Origin: Camelus dromedarius
Taxonomy: Eukaryota
NCBI RefSeq assembly: GCF_036321535.1
Contig: NC_087437.1
Location: 31,436,001-31,500,000 of the forward strand
Length of the DNA stretch: 64,000 bases
Reading direction: 5' to 3'
The position numbers and the translations under genes are program-made. The notes below the pieces were generated by a model that saw only the letters and a program-made list of their open reading frames with translations, had not been told where the DNA came from and searched no databases. The first letter of the stretch is position 1. Every line of letters starts with the position of its first letter. Of the stretch, positions 12,871 through 25,309 are shown one piece after another.

Positions 12871-13457
12871 TATGTGTGTGTGTGTATATATATATGTGTG
12901 TGTGTGTATGTATGTGTATATATATATATATATATACACACATATATACATGTGTATATATACATACACATACACACACACACACACAATGGAATAGTAT
13001 TCAGCCATAAGAAAGAATGAAATAATGCCAATTGCAGCAACATGGATGGACCTAGAGATTATCATCCTAAGTGGAGTAAGTCAGGCAGAGAAAGACAAAT
13101 ATCATATGATACCACTTATATGTAAAATCTAAAAAAAAAATGATACAAATGAATTTATTTACAAAACAGAAGTAGATTCACAAATATAGAAAACAAACTT
13201 ATGGTTACCAAAAGGGAAGAGAAGGGGAGGGGAGAGGAGGGATAAATTAGGAGTTTGGAATTAACAGATACACAGTACTATATATAAAATAGATAAATAA
13301 CAATGCCCTACTGTAGAGCATAGGGAACTATATTCAATATCTTGTAATAACCTAAATGGAAAAGAATCTGAAAAAGAATATATACATGTATAACTGAATC
13401 ACTTTGCTGTACACCTGAAACTAGTACAACATTGTAGATCAACTATACTTCAATTTA
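12871..13457 (+). mobile_element. 5'-truncated L1 inserted into a MER5-like element, starting with a compound TG/TA/CA microsatellite
   Basis: L1 ORF2 terminus and 3'UTR from ~12985. 16-bp TSD aaaaatg(c/t)tctccagg at 12855-12870 and 13458-13473, at a TT/AAAA site. Confidence 0.85.
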
Positions 13458-13699
13458 AAAAATGTTCTCCAGGAGTTTTTAATGCACTATCAGGGTTGGG
13501 AGCCATTGGCGAGAAGTCAGTGGTTCTCAAAGTGTTTTCCCAAGACCAGAGGTATCAGCATCAACTGCGAACTTTAAATAATACAAATCCTTAGGTCCTA
13601 ACCCAGGGCTACTGAATCAGAACCTCTGGGGGTGTTTTAATAAGCCCTCCAGGTGACTCTGGTGCCTGCCAGTTTGAGAAGCACTAATCTAAGCTCCTT

Positions 13700-14120
13700 A
13701 CAAGGAGCCTGTCCCCTGATTTCCCAGCCTCCCTTTCAGCAGGTGGCCATGTGACCCAGTTCTGGCCAATGAGAGCTCGTGGAGGTGTGGGAGGGGGTGG
13801 TTTCTGGGAAGGATTTTACTTTCTTGATATGAGGGAACAGACAAGGCTGACAGTGCACTTCTGCTGCTTCTTTCCTCGCCGACTTGAAGGTAGGTGACCC
13901 CTGGAACTACAGCTGTCTTTTGAGGGCCACGAGGCAAACAAACCCAAGGAAAGCCCAAGAGACTCATAGAGCTCTTAACCTTGATTTTAGCATGCTGCTG
14001 ACCAATACCAGCAGGCATCTACCGCCTTACTGCTAGTTCTGGGAAAAATAAGTCCCTACTTATTCGCGCCGCTGTTAGTAGGAACTTACGTTGGTTGCAG
14101 CAGAACACAGTCCTATCTGA
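13700..14120 (+). mobile_element. MaLR (MLT1-type) solo LTR
   Basis: ttcccagcctccctttcagcaggtggccatgtgacccagttctggccaatgag motif, related to 3640-4020. Confidence 0.55.
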
Positions 14121-14574
14121 TAGAGAATCAAATCTCCAAGTAATTTTTACATGGAGAAAACTCAGAATTGGTCTAATTTTTAAACATTTTTTCTTAATTG
14201 TATTATTAAAGCTGGAGAGAACAGTAATGATCATTTCTCTATAAAGCAACATGTGCCTAACAGATGGGGGAAAAAGTACGTAGTCAAAAGAGAATGATAA
14301 TAGGATAAACTGATTCCTAATGCTGGTCCAATATTTATACTTGGAGCTAATCATGCTAAATTTAAGGGGATGTCACCTTCTAATAGTGATATTCTAAGTA
14401 TTACATCAGTGGATCCCAAACCTGGCTACATATCAGTATTACCCAAGGGGGCTTATTTTAAATGATTCCTGAACCTCACCCCAGATGTTCTGAACCGGAA
14501 TCTCCCTGATTTGGACTGGGAAGCTCTGTAACTTAACAAGGTAACTGCTATTGCTTCTTGAAGCCTCACTTGAG

Positions 14575-14749
14575 GTGTGGCTGAGACCAGGGCAGGCAAG
14601 TAGAGTGCCCAAGGGTGAATTTTAAGGAGGCATTCACTCTCAGGATCCTGTAACTGTGGACCCGACACTTGCACGACCCTGAGAATGAGTGCCTCCTTAA
14701 ATTTTGTGCCCTAGGCGCCTCATTTGGCCTCACCCTAGTCTCCACCCTG
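14575..14749. mobile_element. Palindromic MITE (MER91-like, hAT-Tip100)
   Basis: Inverted arms tttaaggaggcattcactctcagg (14621-14644) and cctgagaatgagtgcctccttaaa (14678-14701) are 22/24 complementary, with weaker outer arms. Confidence 0.7.
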
Positions 14750-17700
14750 ATTCATATAATAAGCAGTGCCTATCGTTGTGAGGAAACTCCAAATAATCCT
14801 TTCTACAAAACAGTCAGCTCAATTAACTGAATTATTTAATTTTTCAGAGGTAATTCCAGTATCGTAAAGACAGACCCACTTATTTATAAATTATGCCACA
14901 TACAGTTTAATTTCAATTGGGGGTATGCATCCTGGTATCAGGTGACATTAGTTCCTGTTTGAGTTGAAAAATAAACTACAGCACTGATTGTCTCAGTCCC
15001 TGTTCACCCACATGAAAACAGCAATGTGATCTTGTGAGAGAAGAATTTCATTAGGTGAGTCAATGGGTGTCAGATAGCGTGGTGGCGGCAGAATCCCGTA
15101 CTGAGGTCCTCATGTAGCTACAAAGCAGTCAAGTATCAGTTACTCAAATTAAAAGTGGAAACTAGTAGGTGTTTGTAAAAATATGTGTCGAGCTTGGCTA
15201 TTCTTGTTTCCTGACAGCATTTTAGGACACATATATGCTGCGGTCTCCCAGAAATAGAAGTGTGGGTAACTTAACCCAAAGTTGTGGTTCCTGCGTCCAG
15301 CCTGTGTCAGATGGTGCGTCAGCAGAATGGGGAAGAGTCTCAGCAGCCTGATGTTTGAGAGCTTCCTACGAATGCCTATTAGGGTCGGTAGGGAGGTGGG
15401 GATGCTGGCCAGACAGATTGAGGGAAGTCAGCACACGGCATTGTTTGAGACAGAGCCAGAGGCCTGGACTAAAGCTTAGATGGACGTGTTTCACTCCACG
15501 TTTCATGGCTCTGGCTTTTGATTTCATAGGTGTAGTACTGATGGCAACAGCTGGTGGCTGGTAGCAGGACAGCCTCAACCAAGTGATCTATAAAAGGGCC
15601 CTCTTGTCACACCCACCCACCTGCTGCAGTGGTGGCCTTAGATTACCTGTCATCTCCGTGTGGCTGGTGGGCACCCCAGCACTGATCAGGCAAATATTTA
15701 ACAAGTAGTTGCTAATAATAATGACCACTCTTTCCTGCCTGCTGTATGCTAAGACTGATGGATTTCTCCGTGATTGGCTCAGATTTATGGCAGCAGGATT
15801 AGATGTTTTCTATCTCACTGTGGGAGGGAATTAGTTACAGGTCTACCTGTGAACCAGGGTTTGAGTAACTGTTCTGAGGCTACTTCCTATTTCCTTTTCT
15901 GACAGTCTTGAAGCAGGCAAGGTGGCACTCAGCAGTAACTGGCAAACCGAGACTGGATTAAATCAACATTCAAGTGTGTCAGAGGGTTTGGAGGAAGCCC
16001 AAAATGTGTTTGCCAGCCAGGATGATTGAGAACACACACCTGGTGCCAGAGCCCAGCACGGCCCTGCTGGCGCACCTGGGTGGATCTGCGGTGCTTGCTG
16101 GCACCTGTGCTCCTGGTAGAGGAAGGTCCCAGCTGGCTCTGTCTGCAAAGTCACACTCCTTCAAGCACAAAGTTTAGGTGTTTGGATGAGATGCAGCCAG
16201 AAGTGTGATGGGAAGGAAAGACATGATGTCTGGGATTTGTTTTAAAAATATTTTAAAATTAAGAACTTCAAGGAAAAAAGAAGAAAAATAATAAAGGGGG
16301 CTTGAGCAAATGGTGCAAAAGCATGATCATTGTTGAGTCTGGATTTGGGATAGAGATTTACTATTCTATTCTTTCTGATTCTGTATATTTGAACAGTTTC
16401 ATAGTTAAAAATCTGTTTCAAAGGTTAAATTGGTCATTATAAGGCCTGTAAAACCACGGAGGAAGTCGATGTCTTCTTTGTATACTACTCATTTCTTTGG
16501 GTGACAGCAAGCAATAAGGGGCCAGAATTGTGTGGAATTTGGCCTAGAATGTCCTTACTGCCTAGTCCCATCCGCCTTCTGCTTGGCTCAGGACCCTTAT
16601 TTTTCAGTGAAAAAAATGGCAGGACTGGGGGTTAGGAAATCTGAGTGCAAGGTTGGTCTGTCCATTAACAGTGAGCCGTTAGATAAGTCACTTGCCTCTT
16701 CTCCAGCTGCTTTCTTTCCTCTGTAAACTGGGGATGATCCTGTAATAACACCAGCCTTGAGGGTTATTGGAAGATCACATGAAACAAAGTACCCTGTGAA
16801 GTGTCAAGGAAGTGTTTGTTATTAACAGGGGCAGCATGACCTTGGACCAGGTGGCCAAGTGCTCTGGCCTTAGAGGCCTCATTTATAAGATGAGGGGAGA
16901 GGTCACATCAGCGGTCACAGGGCTATGTGAGAACCACGCCGGAGCTGTGTTAAAATTCTGACTCTGGGCTCCACCACAACCTACTGAATCAGGATTTCCA
17001 GGCGTGGGGCCCAGGAAAATTATGCTGCTGATTCTGCATGGCAGCCAGCTTGGGGGAGGGAAGGATTGAATTAAGTGACAGTAGAGGTTCTTTCACGCTC
17101 TAACAGTGGAAATGGCTGGGGGATTGGGAGTCTTTTGTGCCAAAGTTATTTTGATACTTAGGGGTAGGTCACAGATTTGGGGTAATTTCATGGTGAAAAA
17201 CTTAGAGAACCAGAATAAATGAGGAGGGAGTCTGAACTGGTCTGGTGGACTGAGGCCTTCATAGCCAGAAGTAGATGCACAAAAGAAGACTAGAGAGTGG
17301 AGTCAGCAGTTGTTCTGCTCACACAGATGTCACACAAAAATGACCCCTGGGTGGGCCTCGCCAAGTCACCTGCAAGAACCGGTATTGGGAGAGTGAACTA
17401 TCTCTGGTGAGAGCAGCCATAGTTTCTGCTGTCGAGGGGACCCTTGGGGTGGCCGGTCTAGACAGCAGGGCCACACGCGGGAGGCTGACTGTGCAGTCCA
17501 GGCCTGTGCCTCCTTCCCCGCAGGCCCATGGCACCGGCTGCCCTGCATGCTGGCCGCTTTCTCATTGCTACCCCACCCCCGACTCCCTCGCAGCACATTC
17601 CAACACCCGATGCGTGTTTGCTCACAAGTCACTCTCCTCCCATTCTGAGTTCTCAGGGTTCTTGTTGGTCTTATCTGAAAAGCAGTCCAGTTCAGTATTT

Positions 17701-19117
17701 GTTGACTGTCAGATTGTGCTACTGGCCCCAGATGAGACAAACAAGAGGAAAAAGGAGTTGGAGACACATACATGTCTGAAGTGGTCCTTTTCAGAGTGAA
17801 AGAACACATACCACTGCCTTGTTTCAATCCTCCAAGGAGACCACTCTGGCCTCTTTGCCGTTTTCACACCCACCAAGCATGTGCCAGGGTCAGGCCTGGC
17901 CCTGGCTTGCTTTTCCCTCTGCCTGGGATACTCTCCCTCAGATATTGGTATGGCCCACTCCCTTGCTTTAGGGTTTTGTTTAAATGCCCCCTCCTCAGAG
18001 AGGCCATATGGGGCCGCCCTTTCACTCTAGCCACTCGCCCCGCTTCATTGTTCTTCGCAGCAGCGATCACATCGGTGTCTGTGTGGTGTCAGCCGCACCA
18101 GCAGAATGTGAGCTCCCTCGGGACTGGGTCTCTGCTCTGTCCACCTCGGTTCATTTAGAGCCTGGACAGGAGCCAGCTCCTCAAGTATTTGTCGAATGAG
18201 TTGAACGTAGAACTCTTCTCTCTAGAAAACATTTCCCTTGGACTCTGCTTCTTTGTCCTCATTCACTTTGGTCTTTGAAGATTTTGACTTAACTGAACAC
18301 CGCAGCCTTGCCCCTTGACCAGCATGGAGCTGAATGTTTCTCCTCCTCCATCTCAGACCACTCCTGATACTTTCATGGACTCCCTAAATATAAATATATC
18401 CCGAGATTCACCCCTTACTCTCCTCTCTCTCCCCCTGCCTTTTCTCCATCTTCATCTCTGTGCAGACAATACCTTACTGTTTACTTGCAGCCTAGATCTC
18501 TGTAAACCCTAGTCCTTCCAGTGCCAACTGGACATCCTGATGGCACCTCATATCTCATCCACTTAAACACTTCCTCTTCCTCCTCACTTTTCTGTGTGAT
18601 GTGTGTTTATAGCACTACTATTTCCTCAGCTCCCAAGTTAGAAGTCTAAGAGTCATTTTTTTTTAATTCCTCCTTCAGACTCTCTTTCCTCTTAGTCACC
18701 AGTCCTACTGAATCTTCCTCCTAAGTGGCTCTTACCTCTTTTCAGCTATTTCCATAGTCACCACCCTGGTATGGCCTTGGCCTGCCTGGCTGGAACCAGC
18801 TGATCTCTTTGATGGTTCCGTTCCTCCCTGTAGGCCCCTATGAGAGGCCCCCTCCCCTTGTATCTCTGCTTCAAGGAGCCCCTCCAGGCTCTGAGCCATC
18901 CATCCAGCCTCCCCTCATTGATGACCACATATTTCCAGTCCAGGTTTGGCTCCTGCTTGCCCCTGCACTGCCCAAGGCTCCCAACCCTGCTCTTAAGTGA
19001 AGTCTAGAAACCATATGGACTTTTAAAGGGGAGAGTCAGCTGTTGCCATGAAGAAATTTGGGCCTGGTGGTGCCAGACATTCTGATTATTCAACAGAAGC
19101 TAGAAATCTGGATTTTT

Positions 19118-20575
19118 TTTCTTTTTGTCAGAATGTATTTTTTTTAACACCTTTATTGTGGTTTGATGCCTATATAGTAAACTACACATATTTTAGATGT
19201 ATAATTTGATGAATTTTGATAAATGTGTACACCAGTGAGACCACCACCACAATCAAGATAGCTAATATTTGAATCACTCCCCAAGAGGTACAAATCTTAA
19301 ACTCCCAATTTATCCCTTCATACTTGCTTTACCCCTCTGGTAACCATAAATTTGTTCTCTATGTTTGTGAGTTTGTTTCTGTTTTATAGATAGGTTCATT
19401 TGTGTCCTTTTTTTAGATTCCACATATAAGCAGTATCATATGATATATTTCTTTCTCTTTCTGACTTACTTCACTTAGAATGACAATCTCCAGCTCCATC
19501 CACGTTGCTGCAAATGGTATTATTTTATTATGCTTTTTTATGGCTGAGTAGTATTCCATTTTATGTATATTTACTACATCTTCTTTATCCATTCATCTGT
19601 CAATGGACATTTGGGTTGTTTCTGTATCTTGGCTGTTGTGGATAGTGCTGCTGTGAACATTGGGGTGCATGTATCTTTTTGAATTATATTTTCTTCCAGA
19701 TAGATATATGCCCAGCAATGAGATTGCTGGATCATATGGTAAGTCTATTTTTAGTTTTTTGAGGACTCTCCATATTGTCCTCCATAGTAGCTACACCAAT
19801 TTACATTCCTGCCAGCAGTGTAGGAGGATTCCCTTTTCTCCTTACCCTCTCTAGCATTTATTGTTTGTGGACTTTTTAATGATGGCCATTCTGACTGGTG
19901 TGAGGTGGTAGCTCATTGTAGTTTTGATTTGCATTGCTCTGATAATTAGTGATATTGAGCATTTTTTCATGGGCCTATTGGCTATTTATATGTCTTCATT
20001 AGAGAACTGCTTGTTTAGGTCTTCTGCCCATTTTTTGATTGGGTTGCTTGGTTGTTTTGTTTTGTTTGATATTAAGCTGTATGAGCTGTTTGTGTATTTG
20101 GGAAATTAGTCCCTTGTCAGTCGCATCATTTGCAAATATTTTCTCCCATTCTGTAGGTTGTCTTTTCATTTTGTTGATGGTATCCTTAGCTGTGCAAAAG
20201 CTTTTAAGTTTAATTAGATTCCACTTGTTTATTTTTGCTTTTATTTCCATTGCTCTAGGAGCTGGTTCAAAAAAAAAAAGAAATTGCTGTGATTTATGTC
20301 CAAGAGTGTTCTGCCTTTGTTTTACTCTCAGCGTTTTACAGTATCTGGTCTTACATTTAAGTCTTTAATCCATTTTGAGTTTATTTTTGTATGTGGTGTT
20401 AGAGAATGTTCTAATCTCAGTCTTTTACATGTAGCTGTCCAGTTTCCCCAGCACCACTTGTTGAAGAGACTGTCTTTTCTCCATTGTATATTCTTACCTT
20501 CATTGTCATAGATTAATTGACCATAAGTGCATGGGTTTATTTCTGGACTTTCTATCCTGTTCCATTGATCTATGT
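19118..20575 (-). mobile_element. 5'-truncated L1 with decayed ORF2 C-terminal region
   Basis: Minus-strand ORFs 20328-20600 ([13 protein letters not shown]...FNKWCWGNW) and 19999-20250 ([17 protein letters not shown]...EWEKIFAN) are L1 ORF2. 17-bp TSD tagaaatctggattttt at 19101-19117 and 20576-20592. Confidence 0.92.
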
Positions 20576-21995
20576 TAGAAATCTGGATTTTTAGGCACAT
20601 TTTCCTGAGTTTTTAAATGTTGGCTTACACAATTTTGGGGGGCAGTGCAAATCATATGTGCAGGCTGGATCCAGCTGCAGAGACACCACTTTGGAATTCT
20701 GCCCTCAGTACCAACCAAACCAGCCAAAAGCTCTGAGCCTACACCTGTGGAAATAGTAATAATAGCAATAAGCTAGTGTTAGAACAGTGTTAAAAATCCA
20801 GTAGCTCCCAACTGAGACCTTGTCGTTGGTGTAATCAGAAGCAAACAGAACTAGAGTGGTGATAACTTTCTCACTATGTGAGTCAATGGCATTTGCTGCC
20901 CTGTCTGAGTACAACCTAAAGCCATCCCATGGCACCTGCCCAGTTTATGAGAGCACAGATGCAGTGGCTCCAACCCTGGCATAAGGTACACAAAAGATGC
21001 TTGTTGTAGTAGATAAGTGGCATTTCCAGAGGCTTTAAGACAACATTCTTTAAAGAGTCTGTGCTCCAAATGTTTATCAGGATTCCCCACCCCCCCAACA
21101 TAGAGCACACTTTCCCCAGAAACTGGGATATAAATAGGACCACAGAAGCAACACCGCAGATGGGTTACTTTACATTTGCAATGAAAAAGAATAGCAAAGG
21201 AGGCTGTTGCAAATGTGCAGTGTGACGTTTCAACTCCACAAACTTCCTCTGCCCTAGTGGCTCCTGGTCAGATATAAACTTCTGGGAGTCAGGACAGACA
21301 GAAGGATGGGGTGGCGTGGTGGTGGAGAGTGTTTGACAGAGTGTAGAGTTCTTGAAGCCCTGGAGGAAAAGTATTGGCCCTCCAACCACACTCCCTGGAT
21401 TTGTCATTAGCTCCAGCCTGGGAGTGGCTCTCCTTTGAGGCTAGGGGTCTTGGGGTTTGGCCAGAAGTAAGGAAGGGGAGCACATGAATTTGGGGGCATC
21501 CCTCCAGCTGTCCTAGAGCCGGAGGGCACCATGGGACAGTGCCGTTTTCCTTCCTGACCAGGGCACTAGTGCTGAGAGATTGGGAGAATGAGCAGGGACC
21601 CACATCTGGAAACGTCGCCAACTTATTCAGGTCTGAGGTCCCTCGCACCATCCAGCTCCTTTCTCCCCTTCCTGCCTCTCTCTCCCTGGCAGCTGGCTGG
21701 AGGCACTTCCTTTACCTCATGCGTTTCACTCTTTCTCCACCAGTTCAGCAAATGGAGCTGACAGCACCCCAGGGGACTCCTACCATCTCCTCAGTCTCCA
21801 GGGAGATGCCTCCTGAATGAAAGAATCTAAAAAGAGACCCACACGCAGGCACATTTATACACACGACTTCCTGTTCTCTCAAGCACCAGAATAGTTTCTG
21901 CTCTGGGCTCCCACACTCAACAGCCTCATTATCTTCTAGGAGATTTTTTTTCTCCTTCCTCATCCCACTGCCTCTGCTTCTACCCCCACTCCCAA

Positions 21996-22041
21996 ACACA
22001 CACACACACACACAGAGACAAAGACAGAGACAGAGAGAGAG
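21996..22041. repeat. Compound (AC)n/(AG)n microsatellite
   Basis: Read directly from the sequence. Confidence 0.85.
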
Positions 22042-24609
22042 CCCACTGTCATCTCTGAGGGTTGGGAGAGCTACTGAGAAGAAAGGGGGCATTGAGAGTT
22101 TTCTCTACCTGGAAACTGTATCCCAGCCTTAAGGTGGGACTAAGAAAGCTGTTCCCAGGGGTATCAAGGGCACATTGCTCTTTTTCTGCTCCCTGTTCAC
22201 TCCCCTCAATCTCATGCTTGTTAATCGGTAAGCCCATAAGTCATTTCAAGGCTTCCGTTCAAACCTAACGACAGCCACAAGAACCTACACCTCTTGTTGC
22301 CCCCACCCCTCCTCTGCCCTCCCATCCTCCCAGTTTGGGAGATTGTGTCTGGCTTTTCTATTTCTTCCATTGATAAGATACAATTCTATGGATGAGACAC
22401 CACGGGGTATTCAAAATGTTGGATAAATTTGTTTGTAAATGGTATTTCAGTTACATTTCCAAGTAATTTGCTGAGTATTTTTCTTCAACCTCCAAACCCC
22501 TTTCCAGGTGAAATATCTTTAAATATCATGCAGTAGGCCCACTGTTCATCTGAAAAGCACAACAAAAACACTACAGGAGTATCCAAAAGTCTGGAAACAC
22601 AGATAAAATTGTATTTATTGTACTTTTCTGAGCTTAACAATTAAACCCACTGTTTTAAATGGAGACATTCCTTACCTGAAATACAGTCAAAAACAAAAAC
22701 ACATTGAGCCTTTTTTAAAATGTAAATACTATGCTTTAAAAAGTAAGTTTCTCCTCTGCCTTTTGACTTTACAAACTGTGCATCATGCCCTGTAATTTAA
22801 AACCTTAACAAGTGGACAATATAATCTGTGTACATTCCCCTACAGTCTTCCAAACTTATATTAATTGGATTAATATAAGAGCTATTTATCTACACACAAA
22901 CCCTCCCACAAGAATGACCAATTCAAATTTCAGAGTAAGTTTATAACATATTTATCAGAATGTACCAAAAACGAGGATGATTTTGAGTTTTGCATTTTAA
23001 TGAAATTCTGGAGCTTCTAATGAGAAGCAGAGTAGAAAAGGGTCATAGTGTCCTATTTCTCCTTTTCTCTAAAAATAGATCTCTTACTACGTAAATATTC
23101 TATCTGTATTACACAAGAAATCTAAATAAGTGTGAGAGAACTTTTGCTCAGAGTCTTGTCGCCTCCGCAGAGCTGACTTTTCCTTCGACCCTGCTCCCCT
23201 CCAGCCCTTGTGAGAACCTGCCGTGAGTTCGTTCTCCTGTTTTCAGTTAATCCCGCCTCAGACATGCTCCATGTTGCTGGGCGGGCTTTCCAGTTTACAT
23301 TTTACTTGCAATACCATATTTTAAATTATTCCCCTGCTATCGGGCATCTATTTTGTAGCCTTTTCTATAATAATTAACACTGCAGCTAATCTTTGTTTAT
23401 TTCACTTTTTCTCCTTACGGGTTATTTCTTCAGAATACATTCTAAGAGATAGGACTGGATATGAAGGGAGTTTTATTTCAGTCTGTGTTTAAGGGGCTGT
23501 GAGGGCCCTGCCCATCGTCCCAACTTTTCCATCAGAGAGACAATTCTCCATCAGAGGTTTACTGGGGGTGCTGCTGTGCCCCGACTAGAATGCTGGGACT
23601 AAGTCAGGGTCCATTTCCGGAAAATACAGGCTTAAATAATATGACCTTTAGCCCATATGAGCTTATTATATGTTATGTGCTATTACATGGTTCTCAATAA
23701 GGAATATCACCAGCACTTTTAAGATTAGAACAATTTCACTGAAGGAAAAAAACCTCTCTGACCAAGTACTGACATTTAAAGAGTTGTATGCCCCTTTAAC
23801 AAGTGGCCCTCATTGTCATTTTAATTTGTATTTCTTTTACATTAGTGAGATTGAATTCATTTCCATGTATTTACTAGTTATTTCCTTTTGAATGTAATGT
23901 CTGTTTCTTTCCCCAGCTCATTTACTATAATGAGGAATTAATATTTTTGTATGAGCATTTTATAGAATGTGGATTTTAAGCCTTTTAAATATATGCTAAT
24001 AGTATTTTCCAGTTTATTTTTTCTTTTTAATGTAATTCTAAAGTTGTGCTAATGAACTATGTCCACCTCCAATTCTCATAGAATTATTTCAGAAAGCTTT
24101 GGATGCTGGTTTTAGTTTAAAGGGCAGGCACAAATCATTAACATACATGTTTCCATAGACAATAATACAAAATTGTCAAATCTTGGGATTTTTATAATAT
24201 ACTAGGAATAAATAATGGAAATATCTTTGGTGAACGCTAAATTTATGTAGTAACTAATTTTTTTGGTACTCCATAAACAGAATAATCAATTAAAATAGAC
24301 TGGGATTTAGGGGCATCTCAGTGTAGGTAATAGGGTTAGGGCCTTTGGAGGGATGGTGTGGGATAAGTGCAAGTAGAATGGGATGGACATAGGATGGGGG
24401 TGGACTGGGAAGAACTGGGGAGAGGAGTTTCTCTTGTCTCTGGCTCTCCCCATTCTCTTCTCATTACCCTTTCTGATCACCGGAGTGGAGTTCTTCAGGA
24501 AATTGTTTGCAATTATTTTTAGTGTCTCTGTTTGTTGCCTCTCTGCTATACTCTTTCCTGGACTCCTCCACTCCTTCCCCTTCCTTTTCTCTTCTAGCAG
24601 GATAGCACA

Positions 24610-24795
24610 ATTACATTGGGGTCAAACAAGCTGGGTCCAGGTCCTGCCACTTAATTATTGTTTGACTTTTGCCAGGTTACTCTCTGAGCCTCAGTTTCCT
24701 CATCTGTGAAATGGAGACAATAATATTACCTATTTCTAGAAGGCTGTTAAGAAAACTAAAGGAGAAAGTGCTTGAATGCATAGCCCAGTATGGTA
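24610..24795 (+). mobile_element. MIR SINE
   Basis: Core ctctctgagcctcagtttcctcatctgtgaaatgg. Other MIR cores at ~2420-2520, ~5450-5560, ~5650-5830, ~9860-10100, ~16620-16900 and ~27085-27270. Confidence 0.75.
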
Positions 24796-24809
24796 GGCTA
24801 TTTTATTGT

Positions 24810-25190
24810 TCACAAATACTCAGTGCTCTTTCCTGGGAAAAGATTAGACTTCCCAATCCTAGTGATGTAAGCCTTGGCCACAAGGGTTGATTTAGACCAA
24901 AAAAATATGAATGGAGGTGACATATAACACTTTGAGAAAGACAATTTAAGAGCCAGTACACCATTTGCCATGTTCTTTTCCTTCTTCCATAATGACCAAC
25001 GATGTTCTAGACAGCAGCTGCTCCATCACTCTGAGTTTCAAAGCAAAGAAGATGTAGGAGACAGTCACAGCCAACATGCAGTGGACATGTATCATAAGCA
25101 AGAAAGAAAACTTTGTTGTAAGTTATAAGCCACTAAGCTTTGGGGGTTGCCTGTTAATACAACATAGCCTAGCCCATTCTGATGGATGAA
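24810..25190 (+). mobile_element. MaLR (MLT1-type) solo LTR
   Basis: 3' signature taagccactaagctttgggggttgcctgttaatacaacatagcctagcc. Confidence 0.6.
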
Positions 25191-25309
25191 CACAGTATCT
25201 GGCTTATTGTAAGACTTATATAATGACCAGGAGCTCTAGGTCAATTTCCAGTCCTCCTATAGGCCTGGAAGACATTTGAGTTCTGATCAGAGTGGAGTGT
25301 CCTTGATGA

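Noticed and set aside
14621..14701. Pre-miRNA hairpin
   Set aside because: Explained by the internal palindrome of a MER91-like MITE. The loop is large and there is no expression evidence, though MITE-derived small RNAs cannot be excluded.
19660..20600. Host genes among the ORFs in this interval
   Set aside because: They are frameshifted L1 ORF2 remnants or their antisense frames.
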